A stretch of DNA of 64,000 bases, from the NCBI GenBank assembly GCA_977020255.1, contig CDROCS010001000.1:496001-560000 (forward strand), given 5' to 3'. Shown here one piece after another: positions 1 to 14,900 of the stretch (position 1 is its first letter; each line of letters starts with the position of its first letter). A program made the position numbers and the translations under genes. The notes beneath the pieces were generated by a model that did not search any database, was not told the origin of the DNA, and saw only the letters and a program-made list of their open reading frames with translations. The DNA is from Obrimoposthia wandeli. Taxonomy: Eukaryota.

Positions 1-424
1 TTTTCCACATAGATAGCTTTGTTCCAAATTTAATCTTTTTTGTAACCATAAACCCGAATTATTACAGTTCATTGCTTCTTTTTCGGAAACGCATCAACAT
101 CTATTTATCTTCCATAGTCATCTAAAAATGCTGTGTCAGCTCCTCGGATATAAAATTCGTTCTTATTGAATGTAAAACTTAGAACTGCCTTTTCTACTTT
201 CTGTTTAAAATATTGAAAATCTAATTTTTGAATATTTGATAGATAATAGCTAAACTTTATTTTTTCAATTTTCACAGGATTTACTAAAGCAATCAGTTGA
301 ACCTTCTTCAAAAATCTGACTATGTATTTGAAATATTGTTTCACTTCTCCATACATATTCTTATCCGAATCTCAAACATATCTAAATCTTCATCATCGCT
401 TAATATCCGTTGGCTATCGTCTAT
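1..424 (-). pseudogene. Maverick accessory gene, putative SSB/OB-fold-like (copy of 28105-28569)
   Basis: ORF 105-356 (MYGEVKQYFKYIVRFLKKVQLIALVNPVKIEK...AFLDDYGR) is closely similar to ORF 28105-28569. Confidence 0.85.
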
Positions 425-600
425 CATTGATATTTGTCTATGATATGAATACATTTTATACTAATTTGTAATAAAACATGAATCTCATTAGTTAATATAA
501 CTAAAGTATTGAATTTGATTGGACTAAATCCATATATAAAATCGAAATTAATTTTAAGAAATATATCATCCAGTTATAGGTTTGCAAGATATTTACAAGA

Positions 601-1158
601 ATGTGCAATAAAAAAGCAGGTTCAGACATGTATAAAGAAGAATTTACAGAAAACAATTTTAGTCTTTTGAAACTCGTAAATATAAATTATAAATGAAGAA
701 TATAATATGATATTTTGTACTTACCATTCAATGATTGGAAGCCGAGACAATATGTGAAAAGGTTTGATGATTTAACAGTTCTTATTTTTCTTTTCGGTTA
801 GATTTTTTTTCATGTTTAATTTTTTAGGAAGTTGTCATGTCATGGTATGCAAAACACCATTGAATTTGATCAATTTACCATTTGGAATTCAAATCAGCGC
901 CACACAATCAATCACAGTTTTAGTTAATCTCGGAAAAGCAATAAATCTTTATTAAATGGCAGAGAAAATGAAAGAAGAATGCATATTTGAACTGGACATT
1001 TTTCCTGCTCTAAGATATTTGTAGTTTACACTGATATGTGTAAATATATTTTTTAGTGGTAAAGTTATGATATTGGGATTGAAACATTTTGATTATAAAG
1101 ACACTGTTGAATCGATTTTAGAAATACATTTTATTAAATTTTGTTATCTTTTCTATAA
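601..1158 (+). pseudogene. TBP-like gene, decayed copy with GT-AG intron 797-827
   Basis: ATG TGC AAT AAA AAA GCA at 601. Remnants LLKLVNINYK, intron, then GSCHVM, CIFELDIFPAL and VNIFFSGKVMILGLK align to the 28783-29349 copy. Confidence 0.8.
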
Positions 1159-1184
1159 ATAAACCCGTTTAAAGTTGTTGTTTC

Positions 1185-1358
1185 ATGAATAATACTATAA
1201 ATACAGACAATGAAGTTGATCGTCTTGTCGATGATTTTCTTATGGAAAAATTAAGGGTTAACAAATTTTATCAGATTTAAAAATAATGAGTTAACAGGAG
1301 ATAATATTAATTTACAGTAGCTCTGGCATTATACTTTTCAATAAGTAAACTTCTATGA
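1185..1358 (+). pseudogene. Internally deleted copy of the 93-aa Maverick ORF at 29367-29648
   Basis: MNNTINTDNEVDRLVDD... start and shared 3' end (TTTCAATAAG.AAACTTCTATGA). Confidence 0.75.
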
Positions 1359-2950
1359 TAATATAAAAAAATATTAAGTATAAGATATAAACATTATTTA
1401 GCACATTATTTATTAAGTATTTGTAATATTTTATTCTGGAATTTTCACTATTTCAGTGAGCGTCTTATGAAAAAAAGATTTAATTTTTATACTTGACGAG
1501 AAAAGATGGGCCATTCTTTTACATCATCCGATACTTTCGTGGATATTAACTTCCCAAATTCATTGAGTCAGTTTTCAATAGCATCATTAGTGTTTCACTA
1601 TCAGTCGCGTCGATCGTTATATTAGCCAGTTTCATCCATATAGACTTGAAAAATAATCTTAATCAAAGAAATACATTCGGTTTAAAAATGACAGTGTTAA
1701 ATTCGAGAATTTAATTTAGATCTATCTGACTTTTCTTCCAAATATAATAAAACTTGTATAACTGAGTTAGATTTTTATTTTATTAAATTTGGAGGTTTTC
1801 TGTCTCATCATCCTAAAGGTTCATGACCTCAATTGTTACATAAATTCTAGCGTTCTAGGCCATGAAAAAAAAACATTCAGCCATTTTTTCGGGACCCTGG
1901 TTTTAAGTGGTGTCTTTTTTTATTCAGGTTTTTAATATGTGACCCACGGATCGAGATACAGTATAGAAATTAAAGCATTATAAGTGGCAGAAGCATTAAG
2001 TTTTATTCTTGCGGGAAATATTTTGTAAGGTAGTTTGAGTAAATTATCAAAACATTGTGTAACAGCTACATTTTTCCTACATTTAATTATATGCTAATTC
2101 AACAAATTAAAAGAACTGCTAAATAAATATTTGTATCAATAAAAAAAGACTCTAAAATTTCAGAATTCAGTAATTTTTAAAAATGAACTTCCATAAAAAA
2201 ATTAAAATTTATATTCTTTTCTTAATTACTCTTTGGGTTTAAAAATATTAAAATATGACCTATGACCTTGTAAAGATGGAGTAAATTGAGTCCATCCATA
2301 TCATTCATGTTTATCTTATAGGTTATAAATAATAAATTTATGATGAATCGGTGTCTTCTATTTGCTTAATATATCTGTTAAAAAACAGTAATTGAAATTT
2401 TCAAAATATCTTGTTTTAAGTTTGTATTATTTCAAATTATATGATTTTTTAATGTAATTACAAATTTTATTTTAAATAAACTATTATGAAAGTTATGGTA
2501 TACGTAAAATAAATGTTACAAAAATTAATTTGAACTGCAAAATAATTTCAAAGTATTAATATTTTTTACTTATATCTGATTTAAACTAAATAAAAAATGG
2601 TATAACTTATATATTAGTATAATCTGCATGCATAATTGTTAGAAAAAAGTTTCAAAATCAGTTTCGTTTGAAAGTTTTACTGTTTAAGAGCTTTCAAACC
2701 AAATTATTTTAATTCAAAATTTCTTGATTTTACAGGTATTTGGCCGATAGGAATAATTGAAATGATTTATTAGAAATATTTAGCTTCATTTAAAATTTTA
2801 TATTCAGAGAAGCTCAATTGGGATTATTTCCTTTTTCATATTTATAATTCATTAATAGTTTAATAATTTGAATTCAAAAAGACACTTAGAAACATTTATA
2901 TTGTAATTATTTGCTAAACCTGTTGAGCCATATTTTGATGATTGTATCAG

Positions 2951-5900
2951 GGTCGCTGGGACAAAACGAGCTGGGAGCCCAAAGTGTGGCATTCAACTTT
3001 GGCATGTTAATCTTCATGGTAAGTGATAGTAGACAGTACTAGAATAGGAAGATGAAGATACATTTTTCTTCATGGAGCTCAAACTTGTTTTGATTATAAA
3101 AACAATTTAAAACTCGGTTCTGTCAATTTTTTCTCATAATTTACAAATTTTAACTGAAAACAAATGTATAAATATTAAGTCATAAATATTTCAAACTCAA
3201 GTCTTTAAAGTCATAAAGTTTTTAATATATGTGCATTTATTAATTTTATTCACAAAACAACTTTATTTTATTAAGATTTTAGTTTATTAAAATAATAAAT
3301 GACTTTTATATGATTTGTTGAATACTCATATCTGTTGGGAATTAAAATATTACAATTTAAATTTAATCAAATTATCGAAGTGTCCACAGTCGAACAGCAA
3401 TTTTTGTCAGTGATGTTCAGGTTTTATCTTGTGCTTCGCGGTAGGAAAATTGCCCGCAAAGTAGGAGATAACACAGAAGAAATGACTGCATCCTCTATCG
3501 ATTTTTCTGCCTATCCAATTTTAAGTGCACTACATACACACACATGTTATTTTACTGCTTCTATCTGTGTAGTGGTGCCGATTTACGTGTGTGTCTACAA
3601 ATTTATGTACTGTCACTTATGATAGAAAAATTAATATAAAATTGTTTGTCATAAAAAGATTTGATATAATTTCTAAAATTACTTTTTTAAATTGCTACAG
3701 AAAAGAAGAATTATTGCTGATCATATTTATTACTGTTATTACAGAATACAGAAATTATTGCTGTTATTACAGAAAACGATACAGAAATTATTGATGTTTA
3801 TAATTATTACTGTTATTACAAAATACAGGAATTATTGCTGACCATAATTATTACATAATACAGAAATTATTGCTGACCATTGTTATTGCATTTACTGATT
3901 AAAACAGAATTTTATCTGATCATTATTTTATTGTTATTGCTAAAAATATAATTTTACTGATCATTATTTGTTGCTGTTATTACTGAAAACAGAAATTATT
4001 GCTAATGAATTAGTTGGAAATAATTATCAAATATAACATATCTTAGTCTTTTCCTTAACTGTATTCAACTCTTCAGCACAACAAAATCATATGTCCTTTA
4101 TATAAATATTTAAAAAAACATTTAATACAAAATTATTTATTTATGTAGTAATTCCATAAGATACCAACTAATGTAATCTTTGAGTTTGCTATTCTTTCTT
4201 CCGTTATTTTTCCTAATCGAAGTATGGGGACTGCTAAAGTACATCTGAAATCACTTTATACCAATAAACTAACAAGGTTGCAAATACACTTTCACAAAAA
4301 TATAGAAAAGAGCACACGATTTCTGATGTTTGAGGATACAAAGTTTTCATTGAATACTAGAACTCATTCAATGTCTCTACAATTTGAATGTATATTTAAT
4401 CGTAAAATCATAGATTAGTTCAATAAACTCATATTTAACTTCATATATTTCTTAGACATAATACTGGGTTGATACATAGTTAATGGTCATTTTTTCAATC
4501 ATCATAAATTATTTCAAATTTATCAGTTTGTTTCATTTTTTTCAAAAATAATATTTCTTTCAATTTAGTTGAAATAATGATTGTCGACAAGCGCCTTCAT
4601 ATTCGTCATATCATACTGTATTATTGCATCGCAGTCATTTTGCAATCTTAACAAACTCTCTGGGGAAGTAACAATTAGTGAAAGACAAATCTGAAGATGG
4701 TTCAATCGTTTCAAATTTGGCAACACAAGATTCAAATATGAGAAAGACAGAGATCGTCCTTCTGATTTTGATGATAAAGCTGTAGAAGAATATGAAAGTT
4801 TGACGGCACGGATATTGTCTGAGTAATTCGACGCCAAATAGTCCACCATTATCCACCGTTATATTAAAAAACATGGAAAAGTATAGATTTTGGCTTTTTA
4901 ATTCTAATTGAATCCGCATTTTTACCCAATTGCTTTAGTGAAACGAAAAAAAACGTATATTTCGACATCTGGTGACCGGTGATGAATCACGGCTTCTCTT
5001 CAAGAATGTTAAATGAAAGAAGATTTGCGTTGATCCCGCCAAACGTTTATCTCACTTGATTCAAACGTTTGAAAGTCACTATTAAAACCGAACATCCTCA
5101 AAAGAAGAGAACGCTATCATGAGAACGTCAGGTCACATGTCGAAGAACGAATTATCCGATCAATCACCAGAAATGATAAGAATTGCTTGATTTTTTTGTA
5201 AAATGCAATGGTTTCCGATTAAAACTAGAAATTAAATGAAATTTATTTTAATTATTCAGAAAAATATAACATTCATAAAAATCACAACTAGATTATGAAA
5301 ACTGATAACTATCAGTAATAACTTTGACTTAGAAAACAAGATGACGTTCCAAAATTTTTAAGTATTGCAAAAAAATATTAATTTAAGAAATCTTCACGAA
5401 TACGTTCATCAAATTTCATTTACGTATCTTTGATATTTCAGGATAAATTCAAAGCAACTAATAGGTGTATTTATTACACACCAGGAAAAGTATACTGAAA
5501 ATAAAATGTTCAGTCATCGCATTCACTCAACATATATTGGCTTCAAATAAAATATCTAGACTAGCAAGGGAAAACTTCCAACTTAGACACTCGGAATTGG
5601 AAGAAATTTTCTACGCAAATATATAAAAGTAAAATATTATACTCTCCCAATTTTTTCCGTGTGAGCTCAAAATAAGTCAGTATTTCAACAAAAAGAGACG
5701 CAGGAATTTTTTTAACTACACATATTTATTTTATTGAAAATATTAAAAATTATACATGATTTTGAGTAAAATGATAACAAAAATTCCAATTTTTAAGTGA
5801 TAAAAAAGTATAAATACAATTATAACTAATACATAAATAAATTAAATAATATTTTTTTAATCATATGAAAGAGATAAAACTTTAAAAGTATTCAATTTGT

Positions 5901-8900
5901 ACTATTACAAAATTACTTACTACATTTATTTATTTCTAGTGAATTTAAGGCAAATTATAACTATATTTATTATTAACATTTTATATTTATTATATTACTG
6001 TTATTATATGTTATTATAATATAAAATGGTTTTATTTTATATCGACAAAATGACTCTTTTCTTAATTAAAATTTTAAAATATATACTCTGCCAGATAATT
6101 ATGAATTACTTTGCTCAAACTCATTTATATTTTATAAGATTTTTAATTAAACAAATGTATTCAGGTTACCGTATTTCTATTGTTCCTTTAATCGAAATAA
6201 CAACTTATTTTTAGCCTACACAAAAAATCCTTGAGAAAGTATAATATTTTACTCTCATCTTTCTATATGCAAAATTTTATTGAAATTCAAGCATCTAAGT
6301 TGGAAGCCTTTTTTTAAAGTTTTAATTAAATTAATTAATTAAGTTTTTAAGTTTTCATAATTAAAACTAAAGCGGGTTGATATGGGTTAATAAACGTCGG
6401 ATCAATCTCGAACTAAGTTGACGTCTACTTAGATAAACATGTTTTAAAGCGCATAAATTTAACAGCAGTACACAAATGTTACTCAAACTCACCGTCTTCA
6501 AATCATAATTCATTATATGTGAATCCTTATTTCTTCAGCCGTGGGTGATGCTTGTTTAATAAATTCTATGTAACTTTCTTTTGGAGTTGTTATATTGAAC
6601 ATTTTACAAATTTATTTGGGCAATACTTTAAAAAAATACTTTGTATTCATTTTATAAATTGATTGCAGTCTGAATTTCATATTCTGTTATTATATATAAT
6701 GGTTGTTTCTTTGATATACACTTCTCTGCAATTTTCATTATTTTATAATTTATTCTTTCCCTAATAGGTAATCAACCAAGTTTTACTTTTTTTGTAAAAA
6801 ATGCTGTATTCAATGTATGTGTACACATGTGGGAAATTCCAGGAGTAAATGAAGGTTCATACTTTTTGAATTTCATTAAACCACCGTTCAGGCTCACATA
6901 GGCACTTCTATCGCGGGGGCCATTCGGTGTGGTCAGTTTCTGGGAGCCAATCAACCACTAAAGGCTGCTCTGACGACCAAGGTCATCCTTGTGACTGACA
7001 GTGAGTTTAATGAATTTGTAATCATTTGAATTTTGATTTACTATAATTTCAGTGATGATCGCCATACTTCAGGCTTCGCTTATAGTGCTTTTGCGTAAGG
7101 AAATACCAAAGTTGTTCACCTCAGATCCGTGAGTTTCTTGACTATACGTAATAAATATCTGCGTTTTATCGTCAGTTTATTCAAGCAATTTCAAAATGTT
7201 ACTAAATGAATGCTCTTGCATTCCAACTACTTTGCTGCTCAGTAAAATAAGTGTACAGTTTTGTTGACTGCAATCTCATCACCACTCAACAATTTATTCC
7301 ATTCTCAATTAGGTCGTTGTTTTACAAGAGCATAAATGTGCCAGCTGCATTTGAATTGAGCAGAATTGCAGTTGACAGGGTTAGTGGCATTAAATTGGCC
7401 TACTCTAGTATTTTGTTATAACACGGATTCATTATAACAAGGTTTCCCCGATATTTCAGTAAAAATAACAATATAAAGAGAGTGGTCGAATTTTATGCAT
7501 GTATTTATAAATAACCGGTAATTGTCGATTGCTTTGACTGAATATTTTCTCCAGCTTGTGGTAGACTTTTTTGATTAAAGTATTTCTGCAAATTAATCAA
7601 ACTTAATGACAGCTGCTCGGGTGACTGAGTCAGATGGTTGCACTTCTTCATTTTTATTCACATCCTTTCTGCATTTAATCCGATTCTCATCGCTACATTC
7701 TTTCACGGTTTCCAGGTTCTCATCGACATATAAATAGTGTGCTAATGAGTCTCGAATAATCAGTAGCAAGTATATCACATAGGGATCTCGTTTCTGAAAT
7801 TACAGTATCGTTAGTGAAATCTTCTACTGTAGATTCAGCTGTATAACCATGAACGAATTCAGCCTTGTGAAGACATTTTTGGATTGTTTCTTCATTGATG
7901 CTACACCAAATTTTCTAATGTCATTGAATTGCTTCTAATACATTTACATTAAAATTAACAATATCTGTCGTAATGTATAATCACAGAAGTAACTTGCCAA
8001 CTTTGTTTTCTATACCGCATTTTAGATTCTTGCAGGTATGTACAACGCTCGAAACATTGAAGACCCGTAGGTGTGAAGCGACATAACGCATCTTGAATGA
8101 TCTCTTTCTATTTTAATTTTATTGACAACGTGCTTGGAGTTATACTGTGTGATTTTGTTATATCAAACATTTTTCTATTCCATTTCCTTGGGTTTTAATT
8201 TTTTTTTAACGAATATCAATATTTATGTTAACTTAGGCGTAAATAACTGTAAAAATGTAAACTTGAAGGAAGTAAATAATATAAATTAGAAAATAACTTA
8301 TTTAAGATAAAAAATAAGTCATTAAAATGATTAAAAAAACATTTTTTCCCACAGAGAAAACGCGATATGACGAAATTCAACCCAACTTTATTCGCTGTAG
8401 TGGAGTTCATTATATCAGGGTTCATTATATCAGGTTTCATTATACTGTACACACATATTAGTAAACTGCAAAATTTTACAAAACTTTACCTTAACAGAAA
8501 TATGTTGAATGTCGAGAGCAGCTATATTCCGCCCCCCTCAATTTATATTGATAAAAAGCAAGTGTATCAATTTAATCGCATTTTGAAATTGGCTGAGTAC
8601 TTTAGCTAGTAACATGTAATATAAATTTAAATCGTACAATTTTAGCAACACATTCACTACGAACCTCTGTTAAAATGAATCCTAACTATAAAATTCCGAT
8701 TTATTTGCCGATAAAATAGGTTATCATAAATGTAGCTGCACTTTTCAGCCTGCTGACATGTATTTTAACTTGTACACTCTTGATTGCGATTTTTATATGC
8801 AACATCCCTTGACTATCATTTTCTTAATTAGCAATGCAGAAAATCAGGAATTGGGTATTATTCTTTATTTTCTCATAATTTCATTTTCTATATTCTAGCT

Positions 8901-11900
8901 GTTAAACAAGAATCTTCACTGGGAAATGTATTGCAAAATGTGATTGCATCGATCTCGTAGCGATCATGTCTGCTGACGAAAAAAAAAATAACATGATAAA
9001 ACAAGTACATAAAATACAAAATATTTTGACATTTTAGTGATATTATCGGCTTTAGTTAAATATACAATTAGTTTAAAAATTCAAGAAGTCAAGTTTCTAC
9101 CAGAATTTAAATATTCTAGTCTGCATATACCTGAATATGGTTGGTAAATTAAAAAAATAGTTTTTTTATAAATTTTCCACTTTTTTCGTTGTTATTTTGC
9201 AAACAGTATTTTTAAGCAATCTTTGATTTAAATGAATAGTATTTATTTATTGAATCTTATTTTTTTTTTGCATATTAAAGTTTATAATTTATCCAAAATA
9301 CTTAATTGTTAAAGTTAAGTCATATAAATATATTTCTTACAAATCAAAAGTAGTACATAACATATAATAAATATTTTATTATATAGATTTATTTTATTTT
9401 ATTAGCCAACCTCGTCTGTCAAAATATTTCAGGTTCGTTCCGCCTCTGAAATATGCTTATTTGATTCTCAGTCTTTAGTTGAATAAAATTTCAATAATGT
9501 CATTAAACCAAATATTTTAATTTTGACACGAACGTGTATTTGAATATAAAAAATGCCAATTATATAACGCTAACATAATGCCGCATACATTTTGGTACAC
9601 CAATCAGGGTAACTGAAATTTCTTACATAATAAATTAAATAGTTGTTTTAAGGAAGCGTGTCACTTAAAAGCTTCTTGGTTGGGAAATCATGGATTAGAG
9701 TATATTCTGAAAATAGCCTTATATCAACTTATGAGTTACACATAATTTTTTATTAGAATCATTTTAAATTCACACAATTTCTTTGTTCACCTTGACACAA
9801 ATTATATTTTTGTCTAATTTCAGAGATATAATATTGCTGGCGGAGACTCTACTACTTGCAGAGGCGGCTGCTGAGTTTTTTAATGGAATGGTTGTAAGTT
9901 CATTTTTTATCTTTTCACCAAGCATCTATCAGTTAAAAATTTATCTGATGTGACGATCTGACATTGTCGTTAAACGATTTAACAAATTATTTTTATGGAT
10001 TATGTTCCGTTGTAATGAGGTTGAGGCATAATAGTTAAAGCTTGATAAAATATCGTTAAAAGAGTGGCTTTAGTAGGTGGATATATCCGGTCTAATTCAC
10101 CTCCTCCCTGGAGAGGGTATCACTGTCCTTTAAAACTATGCATGTATGTGGAGTGAAATTTCGTGCATTTGCGTGGATTAAAATTTCGTGCATGTATGTG
10201 TGGAGTGAAAATGTTTCCATGTGGATGTATAAAAATATATACATGTCCTGAGGCATATATACACCTTTCAACTGTACAAGTGCAGTTTACTGACGGTGGA
10301 TGGTACAGTGGTCAAGGTGGCAAACGGAAAATCTCATAGAGCACCCACAGATTGAGGAAGTGCCTGAGAGGCCATCTGAGGGCCAACGCGTGCCATTTGT
10401 GCCCGCAGTGACCCGACGAGCAATATACATACAAGTGGAAAAAAATACGTATAAATATTTATAACCAGATACACTCAAAAATACTAGTTATTTTTCCTCA
10501 AAATCTCTACCCTCTAAATACGCACAATCAACAAAAACATATTAACAAAATACTACGATTTTTCGAATGAAATACGTTTTATATTTAATGATAGAGTCAC
10601 ATTCAAATGTTGTCAATAACCTAAGAAAAGATTATGGATTTTAAAATAAATTATTTGAATAACACGCTCTTATTGGACGATAAAATATGGGTTAGTTTGA
10701 TGTTTGTGTAGATAAGGAGACCTCTTTTCATTATTTTTCATAAATAAAAAACGTAAAAATGCCTCGAACTTGAAATCTTGGTGAGTCAATGCAAGCAGGA
10801 GGTGTCAAGGAGTGAACTCCGATATCTGGCCCTCTGGATAATATTAAGGTAAAATATTTTAAATTCAAAAATAAATTTAATTTGAAGCCGACAAGGTGGA
10901 GAAAATGCTGGAAGAGGCGGCTCTTAAACTATTGGTGGACAAGCAATGAGCTGTGGTTCAAAAGTAAAGAAAACACGATTCAAAACCCAGACTGTCCACC
11001 GGAAGAATACCCAAGCTGATGAAACAGACAAACCGGCCTGTTATCGAGATAAATGACTTATATACATGTATTTAAATGTTATTAATTTTTGTTTTGTGAT
11101 GCAGGAACCAGTGCAACTATTTGAGGAGTGGCTAGGAGAATGTGCTCCTATACAACTGGTGGGGCAAAAGCAAGCTTCGGTGCAAAGATCACAAAAGCAT
11201 CTAATCAAAAGCCAGACAGTCTGGAGGAAGAAGGCAAAGCTGATAAAACAAGCTAATCAGCCTGTTATTGAGATTATTTTTAAAATAATTAAAATTTCAG
11301 GAATATATTTTTGCAAGAACCAGCATTGTTAATTGATGATAGGCTGAGAGAGGCTACTACAATCTAATCAAGGTGGAAGCAGATAGCAGTGGTACGCAAA
11401 ACAAAGCGCTCAAGGAAGGCAACAGCCAGTCTGCTCACGTCTGTTGAGGTGTCGATGGGACAGCAGGATAATCTTCATTCTATTTTTAAGGTACATTTTT
11501 AAAATTTAATCTAAATTTTATTAATGTTTTGTTATACAAGAACCAGTACTGAGAAGAGGTTGCGAGAAACTTCTCTTATCCCACCCAGACAGAAGCAGGG
11601 AGCAGCGAAAAGACGAAAAGGGCTAAGAAGTCTACAACCACAATGATCACATCAGCAGAGGTGGTGATTGGTCGACAGGAGATTCTCCCATCTCCAGTGG
11701 ACGACGATTCAATTCTGTACAAGAGGATCCCAGTTTCTCCGTTCGAGATTAGTCCATATCCCTGCCAACAACGCCTGTAAGACTTTGCCTAAGCTCCCCA
11801 ACAGTCCAATCGAATCCTAGTCAAAATTTGGTAAGAGATTGGGAGGCTTTATCTCCTCTCCACAAGCTAGAATTTTAAGAGGGTTTGGCTCAACGCTGGA

Positions 11901-14900
11901 TTAGAGGAATTCCTGACTGAAATGGAGACTCCACAACCGGCCATGCATCCCGATTCAAAAGAGCAACAGGATAAAATGTCACGTCAGTTGGATAGGGAGA
12001 AGGAGGAGAAACAGACAAAAGCTCCATGGAAGGCGAAGGTTACAATACCACCAACTTCATTGGCCAGGCTATCTACATTGGCTGCACTTCCTCTCAAAAA
12101 GTTAAGGCAACTTCTGCCAAAACCGCCTGGAACGGCAATTGCTGCACAACAAATGGTTGTTGTGCAGCCGAAGAAAAAGCTGGGCCGACCCAAAAGAAGA
12201 AGCCGGTGCTATTTACGCACATACCCCTAAATCGGAGGGATATCAATGAGGACGATCTCAATAATGACTTTGTAAAGTGCTTTCGAAATAATATAATTCA
12301 TGGAAAATAATCCAATTTCTTCAGTTTTCATTTTTACCATTATAAATTTTTTTAAATTTTTTTAAATTTTTACTTTATTTTATGACAAAAAATGTTTTAT
12401 AAATAAATATATTTAAATTATTTTAGTAAAAGATAATAGATATTTTATAAAATATATTTTTCAAAAAATGTAAATTATTTTATTGATTTATAATTAAGAT
12501 ATAAATGTAGTTAGGATTTTTGTGATTTATAAATGTTATCTTAAGAAATGTAAATGTATTGATTAATTATTGATTTATTAACTTCTATATATATATATAA
12601 ACTTATTTGTTTAAAAAGATTTCCTTGAATTGAATGTGATTGGATTAAAAATATTTCAAATTTATATATATAGGTTCAAATTTATTTATCTCTTCATTAT
12701 TTAAAAAGGAAATTTATTCAATTGAAGAAACAGGTCAGAAGGATAGAAGTGAATATCCGGAAATATATAAAGAAAGGAGACTTACGAAAGAAGATTTTAA
12801 ATAAAAATTTGTATGCTGCTGCCGCGAAGGAGTGGAAACAAATGGTGGAGATTCAGGACATGAGAATAGCTGAACGAAGATGATTTTGATGAAGAAGACT
12901 TCCAACCAGCTACAGTTGGATCGCTTTATCGGGTAATTCTTGTTATGATTTTTTATATTTTAAATTAAATATGTCATATGATTTATTTTAATCAAGAAAT
13001 TCCTTGAGATCAGGGATGCCGCCCTCTACTCGACAGTGCGAGTGACTACATCGATGTTCGCACGCCGTAGAGGTAATGTTTAAAATAAATATAATTTATT
13101 TAATAAATTTCATTCAGCAGATGCATCATCGGCCTCAACAACAGTCGCATCCCGAGCTTCCCCGACTGCAATGCCACATTTATCATAGGTGGCACCAGGG
13201 TCAAATTTGCATGACTTAAGAGGTTAATTATAAATTATATAAACTATTTATTGATATTTTTCAAAAGCCTCACATTCAACGACGTCGTTGTCAGCATCAG
13301 CAGCTACTGGATTCCGAGTGGCTCTTACCACCTTTTCAAACGCAGCATATACAAGTGCTGTAGCCTCAACATCAGTTGCAGCACCATAAGCCGCTGTCAC
13401 CTCAGCAACATCCTCTACAAGAGCCTCCGTATACTCAGTGGCACAATCAGACGATGTAGCTTCAATTTCAGCAGAATCATCAACAAATTCAGCAGGATTT
13501 TGTAATGTAAATAGTTGTCTTCCATTCAATTAGGAGAGGTTTGTCGGCAATGGTAGGAAGAAAGGGGTGAGGTCAATTTCTTAATAAGGTCACACCAAAA
13601 AAACGTAGGGAAAACGGTGTCACTAGAGAGTATTACCTAAATATAAATATATTATAGTTAAGCTGCCAATAGGAAATAAAATATTATTAAACGTAGGTGT
13701 AGATGAAATATTGAAACTTTTTTAAAGTTAGAGTGACTAAATTAGGACAGGCTAAGATTCAGTTTTGCACAACAGTGCAGTTTAAATTGTCACTGAGGAA
13801 ACTAAAACGTGGGTAATTTCACACAAAGCAACTGTTTTCTACAATAATTTTGTAACTGAAATTGGAAGAAACCTAGATGAAAAAATTGCTAATTATAGCG
13901 AGTTAAGTAGTGGATGGAATCTAGTTAGAATTCACGATGTTAACTTTGTTCTAACAAAGTTCACTGACATGATATATCTTTCGGGGAGTTCATAAATTCC
14001 TTCACCTACATCTCTTCAACTTGCACGTTCCATTGTTAACGTACAAAACAGTGATAACCTTTGCTTTCTGTATAGCGTGTTGGCCATCCTCAAAATGGAT
14101 GTAATTACTGAACATAGAGAGCGTGTCAGTAAATATACCCCTTTTTTAAATGAATTGCAGTATCATGGAATAGATTTTCCTGTTAAATTAACTGCGATCA
14201 GGAAATACCGTGATACAGCCGTCATCCGCTACGACAGCTATGCCTCCCCCATCACGAGTTCCTACATCGATGTTAGCACGTCTTAGAGGTAATAATATTT
14301 AAAAATATATTTATTTTTTAATATATTTTTTCAGCAGTTTCAACCTCTACAACAGTCGATTCTTCATCGCCAATACCAGCGACTACCGTCATACAACCGT
14401 CTTCCGCAACAACAGCTATGCCGCCACCATCGCGAGTGCATACATCGATGTTAGCACGCCTTAGAGGTAATAATCTTTAGAAATATATTAATTTTTTTAT
14501 ATATTTATTTCAGCAGCATCAACCTCTACAACAGCCACTTCTTTATCGGCAATGCCAGCGACTACCTCAGCTACTCCAATTTCAAATACAGCTTCTACAA
14601 CTGCCATTGACTCATCATTTGCAGCAGCATCGTCTACTACAGCTGTGATTGCCTCAACATCGACATTTAATATAAATAGTTGTCTTCCCGTTCAATTATG
14701 GGGAGGTTTGTCAGCAACTGTAGGAAGAAAGAGGCGAGGCCAATTTCTTAATAAGGTCCCACCAAAAAAACGTAGAGAAAACGGTGCTACTATAGAGTAT
14801 CACCTAAATAATAAATATGTTATAGTTAAGGTGCCATTAGGAAATGAAATTTTATTAAACGTAGGTGTAGATTCAAATATTGAAAATCTTTTAAAATCAG

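Larger units (their letters stand above)
1..1400. mobile_element. Decayed Maverick/Polinton left-arm fragment (element E), homologous to about 28130-29680
   Basis: Colinear DNA similarity to element C across four parts: SSB-like gene, divergent promoter, TBP-like gene with the same intron, and 93-aa ORF. Many stops and indels. Confidence 0.9.

Noticed and set aside
2735-2770. Possible extra MATE exon after TTTACAG at about 2737
   Set aside because: No frame gives MATE-like sequence, and no compatible donor was found.
3695-4010. Repeat array as a CRISPR or coding repeat (ORF 3591-3794)
   Set aside because: Units are irregular with no unique spacers, the context is eukaryotic, and the ORF is a by-product of the minisatellite.
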